A program made the position numbers and the translations under genes. From a virus (Duplodnaviria; Caudoviricetes), in IMG/VR virus record IMGVR_UViG_2921473944_000002, positions 53,340 through 117,339 of that record: a stretch of 64,000 nt of DNA; one strand, written 5' to 3'. The notes beneath the pieces are model-generated. The model was given only the letters and a program-made list of their open reading frames with translations, was not told the DNA's origin and made no database searches. Positions 28,523 through 38,374 of the stretch are shown here, one piece after another (position 1 is the stretch's first letter; every line of letters starts with the position of its first letter).

Positions 28523-29104
28523 ATGTCAATATCATTAAGTAAAGGACAGAGGGTTGACCTTACAAAAGGTCGCCCTTCATTAAAGAATATTTTTGTAGGT
28601 CTTGGTTGGGATATTAACCATTATGACGGAGAGGCTGATTTTGATCTTGATGCTTCTGCGTTTATGATCAAAGAAAATGGAAAGGTTAGAAATGATGAAG
28701 ATTTCATCTTTTATGGTAACTTATCACATTCTTCAAAAAGCGTGATTCATATGGGTGATAATCGAACCGGAGAAGGAGATGGCGATGATGAAGTTATCAA
28801 TATTAAACTTGATCAAGTTCCTATTGATTATGAGACAGTCGCTATTACGGTAACAATTTATGATGCAGAAAACAGACTTCAGAATTTCGGAATGGTTGAG
28901 AATGCATATGTCAGAGTTGTAGATGCTGATACAGGAGAAGAACTGATGAAATTTGATTTAAGTGAAGATTTTTCAACCGAAACTGCTTTAGTTGTAGCGG
29001 AGGTTTATCGTCATAATGGCGAGTGGAAATTTAAAGCTGTTGGAAGTGGATACAGCGGAGGTCTTAAAGCTCTTTGCGGTCAGTATGGTATTGATGCGGA
29101 ATAG
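28523..29104 (+). CDS. terD: TerD-family protein
   Basis: [25 protein letters not shown] motifs. Confidence 0.92.
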   Translation: MSISLSKGQRVDLTKGRPSLKNIFVGLGWDINHYDGEADFDLDASAFMIKENGKVRNDEDFIFYGNLSHSSKSVIHMGDNRTGEGDGDDEVINIKLDQVPIDYETVAITVTIYDAENRLQNFGMVENAYVRVVDADTGEELMKFDLSEDFSTETALVVAEVYRHNGEWKFKAVGSGYSGGLKALCGQYGIDAE

Positions 29105-29115
29105 GAGGCATTATT

Positions 29116-29862
29116 ATGACTAATTTCATGTTTATTGTGATTGTTGTAATCGTGTTGGCTGTGGTTGTTTTGTTCGGCACGGTTTTTGGGAAACAGCTTC
29201 GCGTTAAGATGAGAGGAAGAACAGACGAAATGATGAGGCAGGATGCCCAGACACCAGAAGGAGCAAAGGACTATTACAATGCAGCAATCAGAGAAAAGGA
29301 AGAATTTTACAATCGGGCTTCTGTGAGTTTTGCAGAAATATCCGGGAAGCGTAAAGCAACGCAAGATGATTTACATCAGGCTAATAAAGATATTATGCAG
29401 GTCACTAATAATATGAATGCATGTATCGATGGGAATAAAGATGATGAGGCAATGCAGTATGCAAGAAAGAAATCGACGCTTGAGAATAAAATCAACGTAT
29501 TGAAGGACACACTTGTGGAAATGAAAGAAGCTGAAGCACATCAGAAAGAGATTATGGAACAGGCGGCTGAAGAACTGCAGAGGCTTAGAGAAGAAAAAGA
29601 ACAGGTGATTTTTCAGATGGAAGCAGATAGTCAGATAATCGAACTTCATCAGAGCATGGATTCTCTCAGCATGAACAATGAGAGCGAGAGAATGCTGGAA
29701 AGAGTTAGAGAGGGAGCAAAGAAAACAAGAGAAAGAGCTGAAGGAAGCAGAATCGCGTATGATTCAAGCTCTCAGGCTGCGGATCGAAGACTTGCTGCTT
29801 CTGAAAGAGAAAGAAATGCTCGTCAGATTCTCGAAGAGGCAAGGAGACAGCGAGGAAAGTAA
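29116..29862 (+). CDS. membrane-anchored PspA/IM30-like coiled-coil protein
   Basis: N-terminal TM helix plus long coiled coil; follows ter genes. Confidence 0.65.
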   Translation: MTNFMFIVIVVIVLAVVVLFGTVFGKQLRVKMRGRTDEMMRQDAQTPEGAKDYYNAAIREKEEFYNRASVSFAEISGKRKATQDDLHQANKDIMQVTNNMNACIDGNKDDEAMQYARKKSTLENKINVLKDTLVEMKEAEAHQKEIMEQAAEELQRLREEKEQVIFQMEADSQIIELHQSMDSLSMNNESERMLERVREGAKKTRERAEGSRIAYDSSSQAADRRLAASERERNARQILEEARRQRGK

Positions 29863-29875
29863 TTCCGGTGATAAT

Positions 29876-30229
29876 ATGTTCAGAGTAATAATTGCAGGTA
29901 GCCGATCATTTGCGAACTACGAAATGTTAAAAGCAAATATGAATTGTCTGTTGCAGAATATCAGTGATGAAATATCCATAGTATGCGGAACCGCAAGAGG
30001 AGCAGACAGGCTGGGAGAGAAGTATGCGAAAGAAATGGGTTTCCATGTTGCATACTTCCCGGCAGACTGGGAGCGGTATGGCAAAGCGGCTGGATATATA
30101 AGAAATAAAGAGATGGCTCAAAACGCCGATGCTTTGGTAGCATTTTGGGACGGAGAAAGTAGAGGAACAAAATCAATGATAGACCTGGCTAAAGAGTATG
30201 ATCTCGCTGTCAGGGTTTTAAAATTCTGA
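29876..30229 (+). CDS. SLOG/YspA-like (DUF2493) protein
   Basis: IIAGSR, GTARGAD, AGYIRN..M, FWDGESRGT motifs. Confidence 0.85.
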   Translation: MFRVIIAGSRSFANYEMLKANMNCLLQNISDEISIVCGTARGADRLGEKYAKEMGFHVAYFPADWERYGKAAGYIRNKEMAQNADALVAFWDGESRGTKSMIDLAKEYDLAVRVLKF

Positions 30230-30245
30230 CGGAGGTAATATCGAT

Positions 30246-30383
30246 ATGGACGAAGATGAGCTTGACTATTGCTATGAGTGCGGAGGCTACGGAGATGATT
30301 ACTCCGTAGACGAGAACGGCGAACTTGTGTGTAATTGTGATACATGTCTGATGAATCCATTTAGAGGTGATTGGGATGATTAA
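30246..30383 (+). CDS. 45-aa Cys-rich acidic protein
   Basis: GGAGG RBS; CYEC...CDTC. Confidence 0.55.
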   Translation: MDEDELDYCYECGGYGDDYSVDENGELVCNCDTCLMNPFRGDWDD

Positions 30384-30423
30384 CGATAGTGAGATAGAAT
30401 GATTTTAATATGAGGAGTTAAAG

Positions 30424-30774
30424 ATGCAGAAAGACAAAATTATCTATACGGTTAAACACAGAAAAGCATTCAGAAGAGTAGAGAAAGAACTGCTTGGACA
30501 TAACACCTTGAGAGGAATCCTTCATGATTTGGATAAGGTGTTTCTGTATATGATTTTTGATTATAAATCAGTGCATAACTGGCATAGGAATCATTCCAGA
30601 CATCATTCTATTAAGGCAAAGACACATAGTGATTTTGTCCAGATGGTAGTGGACTGGGAATGTGCTAGGTATACAAAGCCGGACAAACTTTTGAATGCAA
30701 GGGATACACTTGATAAGTTCTATCCTGAATTAAAAGACAAGGTTTTACCTGTCATTCAGGAACTTGGTTTATAA
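30424..30774 (+). CDS. HD-like (DUF5662-like) protein
   Basis: H...HDLDK...H...HH...DW motifs. Confidence 0.65.
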   Translation: MQKDKIIYTVKHRKAFRRVEKELLGHNTLRGILHDLDKVFLYMIFDYKSVHNWHRNHSRHHSIKAKTHSDFVQMVVDWECARYTKPDKLLNARDTLDKFYPELKDKVLPVIQELGL

Positions 30775-30786
30775 ATTTGATGTTTG

Positions 30787-31095
30787 ATAGGGTAGAGTCA
30801 CATCTGCCCTATTGATTTTCTACGGCAGACAATAGTTGGTGTCTGTAACGACTATTGTAGAAGACTTTGCTCGGTATATGACTTCTTCAGTGCATGAAAA
30901 CAGATAAGTGCATTGATAACGAGCGACACTCCAAAAGTCTTGGGTAGTTTTTGAGGAGAGAACCCTTCCGACTTAGGTGATATCGGTATCCGGGTTACGG
31001 GAGAATAGTTTGGAGCCTGCAGAAGCGACGTAACCGCGTGACCAGACATAGGAGGAAATGAGCCTCCTACCGCCAGTAAACAGGGCGATAGCTGG
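30787..31095 (+). ncRNA. unassigned structured RNA candidate upstream of the tmRNA
   Basis: Consecutive stems: atagggtaga/tctgccctat, ttctac/gtagaa, aatagttg/cgactatt, gctcg/cgagc, ggttacg/cgtaacc, taggagg/cctccta. Confidence 0.5.
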
Positions 31096-31108
31096 ATGGA
31101 TTTTTTTC

Positions 31109-31438
31109 GGGGCTGTAAAGGTTTCGACAGGGGTATGAAAGTTATGAGTTCGCTTAGAGTGATGACTTAATCATCAAACTTTAAATACAAACGCAAACAG
31201 ACAGATGTTAGCAGTAGCCTAAGTTGCTACACCAAAATACATTGAGATATTGCTGGTAGATGTTGAGGTTCAAAAACAAGCATATTCAGTATACGGTTCC
31301 CTGTATATGAATACCTGCATTGGTTGAGATAGTTAAGAACAGGGTGGTGGATGAGAAATCAGTACATGATTCCAAAACAGCGTAAAGATTCATAGTGAGT
31401 AGTATTTTTGGACAGGGGTTCGATTCCCCTCAGCTCCA
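31109..31438 (+). ncRNA. ssrA: tmRNA with tag ANRQMLAVA
   Basis: 5' GGGGCTGTAAAGGTTTCGAC; 3' GGGGTTCGATTCCCCTCAGCTCCA; G3-U acceptor pair; tag ORF 31193-31222. Confidence 0.93.
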
Positions 31439-31466
31439 TTCAAATTTAAGAAAGGCGGTGTTTATT

Positions 31467-31703
31467 ATGATGAAAAGGGTAATTATGATGTTATGTTTGA
31501 TATCTATTGTATTTACCGGATGTGAGACGAAGCAGCAAAAGGATTGTAATCATCAGTGGAATATCGTAAAGGAATCTACAGGAAGATATAACACGAAATA
31601 TTATACAGTATATTGTCCAAAATGTAAGCTGGAGAAGTTATATGTATATGAAGACGAATGGAAAGAACTTCAGTTAGACATGGATTACTACGAGGATAAG
31701 TAA
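31467..31703 (+). CDS. putative lipoprotein
   Basis: Signal peptide with FTGC lipobox. Confidence 0.6.
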   Translation: MMKRVIMMLCLISIVFTGCETKQQKDCNHQWNIVKESTGRYNTKYYTVYCPKCKLEKLYVYEDEWKELQLDMDYYEDK

Positions 31704-31803
31704 TTATAATGCGGTAGCGGAATAGCTGATGGGAGAGTTACAAAAAAATGGATATAACGGCAGTAGGGATTGCAAAAGAGTAAAAATGAGGAGATTAAGT
31801 GAT

Positions 31804-32292
31804 ATGAAAACATTAATAAAGTATTTACTAAAAGAGGATACTGTTATTTTCTTCGATGTGGATGGTGTACTTGCGCCTTATGAATTTGGAGAAAATAGAC
31901 ACTGTATCGACGATGCGGAATGGGATAGAAAGATGGAAAATGGAGAAGATATGTATTCAACAGTTGCTCCTGTTAAGCTATTTCAACAGTTTATCTCTCA
32001 AAAGGGTATAGATAATGTATATGTTTGTTCAAAAGCTAATCCGGAAGAATATGAATCCAAAATGAAATTTTGTCATGACGGATATGGAATCCCGATGGAT
32101 CACATTATTATGGTTTCTTCTAAAAATGATAAACTTGCGATATTAAAAGCATTCGCAGAAGCTAATTCTATTCCAGAAAATAAAATTGCAATGGTAGAAG
32201 ATACAACGAAGACACTAGATATGATTGCTAAAGGAAGTAAATGCTCTACTATACATGTATCTTCGTTTCTTGATTACAGTCATGAGGAGTAG
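31804..32292 (+). CDS. HAD-superfamily hydrolase
   Basis: FFDVDGVL, K, MVED motifs. Confidence 0.75.
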   Translation: MKTLIKYLLKEDTVIFFDVDGVLAPYEFGENRHCIDDAEWDRKMENGEDMYSTVAPVKLFQQFISQKGIDNVYVCSKANPEEYESKMKFCHDGYGIPMDHIIMVSSKNDKLAILKAFAEANSIPENKIAMVEDTTKTLDMIAKGSKCSTIHVSSFLDYSHEE

Positions 32293-32293
32293 T

Positions 32294-33322
32294 ATGGATT
32301 TACAACAGATTAAAAGTTTGGTTAAGTCAGATGAATATGTGTTCCTAAAAGACAATGCGCACTTGGGAGACAGAATCATCATGCTAGGGCTTGGCGGGAG
32401 CTATGCCTATGGAACAAATGTAGAAACTTCGGATCTTGATGTTCGTGGGTGTGCTTTAAATAATAAAGAAGAGATTTTAACTAATCAGAATTTTGAACAG
32501 TTTGTTGACGAACGCACGGACACCACAATATATGCATTCAATAAATTAGTAAGTTTGCTATGTAATTGCAATCCAAATACGGTAGAGATGCTCGGGTTAA
32601 AGCCTGAGCATTATTTATATCTATCGTCAATTGGAAAAGAACTACTGGATAATAAACAATTATTTCTTTCAAAGAAAGCGGCTCAGGCATTTGGAGGATA
32701 TGCAACAGCGCAGCTCAGAAGACTTGACAATAAAGCAGCTAGGCTTGTTGGACAGGCTCAAAAAGAACAGCACGTTTTGAATAGCATCAATAATGTAATG
32801 GCTGATTTTAATGAAAGATATACACCATATGCAGATGATGCGATCAAATTATATATTGATAAATCAGACAAAGAAGATATGGAATCTGAAATTTATATGG
32901 ATGTAAATCTTACGAGGTATCCTTTACGAGACTATAAATCCATGTGGTCTGAGATGAATAATGTAGTTAAGGATTATTCCAAAATCGGCAAAAGAAATCA
33001 GCACGCGATTGAGCACAATAAGCTTGGTAAGCATATGATGCATCTGATCAGACTCTATATGATGTGCTTGGATATCTTAGAAAACAAAGAAATAGTAACA
33101 TTCAGAAGTAAAGAGCACAACTTACTGATGTCAATTAGAAATGGCGAATATTTGGATGAAAATAGACAGCCAATTCCTGAATTTTTTGAAATGGTTGATG
33201 AATATGAGAAGAAAATGAAGTATGCAAAAGAGAATACAGATCTTCCAGAAAAGCCGGATTACAAAAGGATACAGGAATTTGTGATGAGTGTTAATGAAAG
33301 AATTGTAAGAGGATTAGCATAG
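32294..33322 (+). CDS. Pol-beta-superfamily nucleotidyltransferase
   Basis: GGSYAYGT...SDLDVRG, NPN..E, K.MMHLIRL motifs. Confidence 0.85.
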   Translation: MDLQQIKSLVKSDEYVFLKDNAHLGDRIIMLGLGGSYAYGTNVETSDLDVRGCALNNKEEILTNQNFEQFVDERTDTTIYAFNKLVSLLCNCNPNTVEMLGLKPEHYLYLSSIGKELLDNKQLFLSKKAAQAFGGYATAQLRRLDNKAARLVGQAQKEQHVLNSINNVMADFNERYTPYADDAIKLYIDKSDKEDMESEIYMDVNLTRYPLRDYKSMWSEMNNVVKDYSKIGKRNQHAIEHNKLGKHMMHLIRLYMMCLDILENKEIVTFRSKEHNLLMSIRNGEYLDENRQPIPEFFEMVDEYEKKMKYAKENTDLPEKPDYKRIQEFVMSVNERIVRGLA

Positions 33323-33333
33323 GAGGTGTAGCT

Positions 33334-34149
33334 TTGGGTGAGATAGTAAGTATCGTAGATGCAAAAAACAAGGTAATTGATTTACATGCATTACAAAGGA
33401 ATAAGGTAAAGTCAGCAGCCGGTTTAATAGCTCCTGCGGCAGAAGAAACCCATTGCGAATTAGCCCCAGAACATGCTGCGGAGCCGATTAAAAGTCTTGA
33501 CGATATCTATGCAATTTCAGAATTTCTCATTTCTAATAAAAGATACAGAGATAATATGCTGTTTATCGTAGGGATAAATTTTGGCTTACGAGTGAGCGAT
33601 TTAAGAATGCTCAGGTTCTCTAATCTAATCAATGATAATTTCACATTTCGTGATAATTTCCCAGTGTTTGAGAAGAAAACAAGAAATACAAGGAAAAGAA
33701 AAAAGAATAGATATATCACAATCAATACCGCCGTTATAGAGGCGGTAACTTTGTATCTGGAGAATAAGCCAAATGTTACACTAAGTGATTATCTATTCAG
33801 GAGCGAATCCAACAGAGGAAAATCATTGAACCAGCCATTATCAAATCAGTCTATTGATAGGATTTTAAAAGGAATAGCTGTTGATTTACATCTAAACATT
33901 AGGATAGCAACTCATAGTTTGAGAAAAACATTCTGTTATCATCAGATGGTTATGTCAAACAACGATAGCAGGAAACTTCTTCTGCTACAGAAGATGCTCA
34001 ATCATTCATCGCCTGCACAGACGTTAGATTATATAGGAATTACGTCTGAGGAAATTGAAGAAGCGTATAAGGCATTGAATCTTGGAGGACGTACTAGGAA
34101 TTATCTGGTTGACAGTAATCTTGTCGAGGCTGAAAGTTCGGCAGGTTAA
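33334..34149 (+). CDS. tyrosine recombinase (catalytic domain)
   Basis: GLRVSD, K, HSLRKT, LNHSS, TLDY catalytic residues. Confidence 0.9.
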   Translation: MGEIVSIVDAKNKVIDLHALQRNKVKSAAGLIAPAAEETHCELAPEHAAEPIKSLDDIYAISEFLISNKRYRDNMLFIVGINFGLRVSDLRMLRFSNLINDNFTFRDNFPVFEKKTRNTRKRKKNRYITINTAVIEAVTLYLENKPNVTLSDYLFRSESNRGKSLNQPLSNQSIDRILKGIAVDLHLNIRIATHSLRKTFCYHQMVMSNNDSRKLLLLQKMLNHSSPAQTLDYIGITSEEIEEAYKALNLGGRTRNYLVDSNLVEAESSAG

Positions 34150-34163
34150 GAGAGGAGGTCACG

Positions 34164-34358
34164 ATGGCATTAGATAAAGCAATCCAGCATGGGAAGGAGC
34201 ATAGAAAACCATATACCGGAGGTAAAGCTATTGACCGCACATGCAGGAATCATGGAAGTTGTGATTGGTGCAAGGGCAATAGGCTACATGCTTCTAATGT
34301 ACAGGAAGAAATTGCCGATGCGAAGTTGGCAGAATATGAGAAAGGAGGGAGTGGATGA
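34164..34358 (+). CDS. small conserved-type phage protein
   Basis: GKEHRKPY...CRNHGSCDWC..NR; GGAGG RBS. Confidence 0.65.
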   Translation: MALDKAIQHGKEHRKPYTGGKAIDRTCRNHGSCDWCKGNRLHASNVQEEIADAKLAEYEKGGSG

Positions 34359-34672
34359 AAAAGTGGTTTTATATCGTTATGTTGTCTCTGATGATTGTAT
34401 TTGGGATAATCGGATGCACATCAAAGGATGATGAAACACAGGGTGGTAAGCAAGATGAGGCTACACCAATACATATTACGATTCCAAAAAGAAGACGTGG
34501 TGATTTCACAGCAGAAATCGATACCGTGTCTGTCACGGATGAGAACGGAGAGATATTGTTTGAATGTGACACAGAAGGAGGAGTTACTATCAAACTAAAT
34601 GATAGTGTTCTTACAGTTGTCGTTCCAGAACGAAATGACAGCTGTTTTGATAATGGAAAATTAGCAGAATAA
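34355..34672 (+). CDS. putative lipoprotein
   Basis: Signal peptide with IIGC lipobox. Confidence 0.6.
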   Translation: MKKWFYIVMLSLMIVFGIIGCTSKDDETQGGKQDEATPIHITIPKRRRGDFTAEIDTVSVTDENGEILFECDTEGGVTIKLNDSVLTVVVPERNDSCFDNGKLAE

Positions 34673-34685
34673 GGAGGAATAGGAA

Positions 34686-35207
34686 ATGAAAAATGTACTT
34701 ATTGTAGTAGACGTTCAGAATGATTTTGTTGATGGTGCTCTTGGAAGCAAAGAAGCGCAAGCAATCATTCCAGCTGTGAAAGCAAAGATTGAGAAATATG
34801 ATAAATACGGTAGAGAGATTCTTTTCACAAGAGACTCACACGATGGGGATTATCTGTACACTTCTGAAGGAAGAAAACTGCCTATTAAACACTGCATTAT
34901 GGGGACTCGCGGACATAGAATTGTAGATGGTCTTGAAACACATAATAGCAGGCATATTGATAAGCAGACATTCGGATACACTGGATGGGATGAGGTGTTA
35001 GATATGCTTGGAAATCCGGATAGCATTGAGATGATTGGTCTTGATACCGATATTTGTGTTGTTGCAAATGCATTGATTATTAAAACATTAAGACCAGATA
35101 TTGAAATCACAGTGGATGCAGGATGCTGTGCAGGATCGACACCAGAAAAGCACAAAGCAGCACTAGAAGTAATGAAGAGTTGTCAGATTGATGTGATTGG
35201 AGAATAA
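34686..35207 (+). CDS. pncA: nicotinamidase / isochorismatase-family hydrolase
   Basis: VVDVQNDF, DSH, HC, K, GLDTDICV motifs. Confidence 0.85.
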   Translation: MKNVLIVVDVQNDFVDGALGSKEAQAIIPAVKAKIEKYDKYGREILFTRDSHDGDYLYTSEGRKLPIKHCIMGTRGHRIVDGLETHNSRHIDKQTFGYTGWDEVLDMLGNPDSIEMIGLDTDICVVANALIIKTLRPDIEITVDAGCCAGSTPEKHKAALEVMKSCQIDVIGE

Positions 35208-35213
35208 AAAGAA

Positions 35214-36041
35214 ATGATTATTTTGGATGGAACAGAAGTAAATGTAGCGCATTTTCCAGATGGTACTCAGAGAATTATACTAGAAAATCTTCCAAAGATG
35301 GAGTGGAGAAATATACACGAAATTACATGGAAATTTGAAAGAGAGGAAGAACTGTCTACTTTAATTTATGTTACGAGACATTTGAGAAACATGCCGTGTA
35401 TACAGGAAATATATCTTAATTTGCTATATCTCCCAAATGCAAGAATGGATCGTATACATCATCATGAAGAAGTATTCACGCTTAGAGGGTTCGCCGATGC
35501 AATTAACTGGTTGCGATTTGATGTTGTGAGGGTTCTTGATGTTCATAGCAATGTTGGAGCAGCCTTACTTAATAATGTGTTGGTTTGTACACCGGAGAAG
35601 TATTTAAAAGAAGTAATGGAACAGATAGATGAAACCGTACCATTAGTTTTATATTTCCCAGATGAAGGAGCAGCAAAACGGTATTCCGATTTATTCCCTG
35701 GTATGCGGTATTGCTATGGAGAGAAGAAGAGAGACTGGAAGACGGGTAAAATTCTCGGACTAGATATTATGACAAACGGCATTGATTTGCAGAAGCAGAC
35801 CGTATTGATGATAGACGATATCATCGCTTATGGAGGTTCTTTATACTATAGTGCAAAAGAGTTGAAGCGCAGAGGAGTTGGTACGATTTATGCTTATGCG
35901 ACACATACAGAAAACTCTATACTCGATGACGAGAAGGGAACTTTGATTAAGTTATTAGAAGACAATACAGTGGAGAGGCTGTATACAACAGGAAGTCTTT
36001 TTGCAGGGAAACATGACAAAATTACAGTTTTGGAGGTGTAA
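35214..36041 (+). CDS. PRPP-synthetase-like protein (NARP1 Adps-like)
   Basis: FPDG, ARMDR, DVHS, PDEGA..RY, K.R, IDDII..GGS, ATH motifs. Confidence 0.85.
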   Translation: MIILDGTEVNVAHFPDGTQRIILENLPKMEWRNIHEITWKFEREEELSTLIYVTRHLRNMPCIQEIYLNLLYLPNARMDRIHHHEEVFTLRGFADAINWLRFDVVRVLDVHSNVGAALLNNVLVCTPEKYLKEVMEQIDETVPLVLYFPDEGAAKRYSDLFPGMRYCYGEKKRDWKTGKILGLDIMTNGIDLQKQTVLMIDDIIAYGGSLYYSAKELKRRGVGTIYAYATHTENSILDDEKGTLIKLLEDNTVERLYTTGSLFAGKHDKITVLEV

Positions 36042-36043
36042 TA

Positions 36044-37507
36044 ATGGATAATACAATGGCTTTATTATTGTCAGACACATATAAACAGTGCCATGACAGG
36101 ATGTATCCAAAAGGATTGACAAAGCTTGTTTCTTATTGGGTTCCAAGAAGATCCATGCTGAAAAATCAGGATAAGATGGTTTTCTTTGGGCTGCAGGCAT
36201 TCATTAAAGAGTATCTGTTAGGTTATTTTCAGACAAACTTCTTTGATGTTAATGAGGAGGAAGTTGTCAAACAATACACGGATGCAATGAACATTCAAAT
36301 CGGGTCAGGGAATTACGATGTAGATAAGATCGTGCAATTACATCGTCTCGGATATCTTCCTTTGGAAATCAGAGCGCTTCCAGAAGGAACACTTGTTACA
36401 ATGGGAATTCCATGTATCGAAATCACAAACACTACAGAGGAATTTGCGTGGCTCGTGCAGTGGATTGAATGTATCTTGCAGGTAGAATTGTGGAAACCTT
36501 GCTGCCACGCAACAATCGGTTATATGTACAGAAATATTGCGGACTATTGGTATAACAAAACAACAGACGGTCTGGATGGAGCAATGGCTTGTGCCGATTT
36601 CGGCATGAGAGGAATGTCATGCATGGATGAAGCAATAAGATGTTCGGCTTCGTGGCTGTTATCATTTAATAAGACATCTACAATTCCAGCCATTTCATAT
36701 ATTGACAAATATTACAATGCAGATTGTAAACACAACAGAATTGGTATCGGAGCAGTATCAACAGAGCATAGCGTTATGGGTGCAAATTTCTCAATCGATG
36801 GTGATGAAATTACATTTGTAAAAAGATTGCTTACTGAATTATATCCAGACACATCGTTCAGTATGGTATCAGATACATATGATTACTGGAATCTAGTGAA
36901 TAATATCCTGCCTCAGTGCAAAGAAGAGATTATGAACCACAATGGAAAACTCTTAGTTAGACCAGACAGCGGAGATATTGTGGAAATCTCAGTTAAAACA
37001 GTTGAAAGACTGTGGGAAATTTTCGGAGGAACTGAAAATTCCAAAGGGTACAAGGTATTAGACCCTCATATTGGAATTATTTACGGAGATGGATGTACAT
37101 TATCCAATGTCGAAACTATTTGGGAAGAACTTGAAAAGCGCGGATTTGCTGCGAATAACATCGCATATGGAGTTGGGGCATTTTGCTTTACAGCAATCGT
37201 AGAAGATGGAAAGCTTGTGGTCGCTACCAGAGATACATTTGGCATTGCAATGAAAGCAACATACGGTGTTATTAACGGTAAAAAACTGATGATCTATAAA
37301 GACCCGAAGACAGACACAAGCCATTTAAAGAAATCGCATAAAGGTTGTTGCCGAGTATACAAAGAAGATGGACAGCTGAAGTGCCAGGATCAGCTGACGG
37401 AGATGAGCGATGATAGCTTGCTCACAACAGTTTTCAAGGATGGCAAGCTTGCTAAAGAGGAGTCATTTATGGATATTAGAGAAAGGATGTATGGAGTAAA
37501 TGATTAA
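36044..37507 (+). CDS. nicotinamide/nicotinate phosphoribosyltransferase-like protein (Namat-like)
   Basis: SDTYK..H, DFGMRG, STEHSVM, VSDTYD, RPDSGD, YGDG, K.PKTD..KKS.KG motifs. Confidence 0.9.
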   Translation: MDNTMALLLSDTYKQCHDRMYPKGLTKLVSYWVPRRSMLKNQDKMVFFGLQAFIKEYLLGYFQTNFFDVNEEEVVKQYTDAMNIQIGSGNYDVDKIVQLHRLGYLPLEIRALPEGTLVTMGIPCIEITNTTEEFAWLVQWIECILQVELWKPCCHATIGYMYRNIADYWYNKTTDGLDGAMACADFGMRGMSCMDEAIRCSASWLLSFNKTSTIPAISYIDKYYNADCKHNRIGIGAVSTEHSVMGANFSIDGDEITFVKRLLTELYPDTSFSMVSDTYDYWNLVNNILPQCKEEIMNHNGKLLVRPDSGDIVEISVKTVERLWEIFGGTENSKGYKVLDPHIGIIYGDGCTLSNVETIWEELEKRGFAANNIAYGVGAFCFTAIVEDGKLVVATRDTFGIAMKATYGVINGKKLMIYKDPKTDTSHLKKSHKGCCRVYKEDGQLKCQDQLTEMSDDSLLTTVFKDGKLAKEESFMDIRERMYGVND

Positions 37508-37961
37508 AATTATTGATGGTGATTTACTCGCATCCAAAACAGATATTATTGCACACCAGGTTAATTGCAAAGGTGCTTTTAACTCTGGTGTTGCAAGGGC
37601 AATACGGGAATATGATGTTCAGGTTTTCCATGATTATCGTGCGTACTGCTCCGGTAAAACGGCAGATGATCTTATAGGAGATGTGAGATATTTCCAATCA
37701 GATATGGATGACAAAATATACGCAAACCTATTTGCTCAGAAATCTTATGGATATGATGGCAAACAATATACAGATTTGGAAGCGTTGAAAAAGTGCTTTG
37801 AAAATCTGCGGGATTATGCAATGGAGAGAAATATGAGTATTGCAATGCCTTATAAGATTGGAAGCGTTAGAGGAGGCGCAAACTGGGAAGATGTTTATGC
37901 TTTAATTGAAACTACATTTCGAGAAGTAAATGTAGAATTATGGAGGCTTGATAAAGGATGA
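37500..37961 (+). CDS. macro-domain ADP-ribose hydrolase
   Basis: GDLL, HQVNC.G....GVA, MPYKIGS.RGG..W motifs. Confidence 0.88.
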   Translation: MIKIIDGDLLASKTDIIAHQVNCKGAFNSGVARAIREYDVQVFHDYRAYCSGKTADDLIGDVRYFQSDMDDKIYANLFAQKSYGYDGKQYTDLEALKKCFENLRDYAMERNMSIAMPYKIGSVRGGANWEDVYALIETTFREVNVELWRLDKG

Positions 37962-38374
37962 TAAGTGCGTTTAGAGGAAAATATTATTTTTTAAGCAATT
38001 TTTATGCAGCTCCTGTGGTGTGGGACGGTGTTTCTTATAAGAATAATGAAGCTGCGTTTCAATCTGCTAAAGTAGGAAGAGAGTACAGGCAGGAATTTGC
38101 AGAGTTAACCGCTTCAGAAGCTAAGAAATTAGGTAGGAAGGTTCCGCTTAGACCAGACTGGGAGAACGTTAAGGAAAGAATTATGTATGAGATTTGCCTT
38201 GCTAAATTCTCCCAGAATGAAGAACTCAAAGAAAAATTACTTTTAACAGGAGAATGTGCCTTAGAAGAAGGTAATACATGGGGTGACAAAGTATGGGGAA
38301 CGGTGAATGGTGAAGGAGAAAATAAACTTGGAAAGATTCTGATGAAAATACGGGAGGAACTAAGACATGAGTAA
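37958..38374 (+). CDS. NADAR (YbiA-like) protein
   Basis: FLSNFY, E.AFQ..K, AKKLG, KFSQN, D..WG, G.NKLGKILM..RE motifs. Confidence 0.9.
   Translation: MISAFRGKYYFLSNFYAAPVVWDGVSYKNNEAAFQSAKVGREYRQEFAELTASEAKKLGRKVPLRPDWENVKERIMYEICLAKFSQNEELKEKLLLTGECALEEGNTWGDKVWGTVNGEGENKLGKILMKIREELRHE

Noticed and set aside
31709-31780. tRNA-like start gcggtagcggaatag
   Set aside because: No T-arm or matching acceptor strand found.
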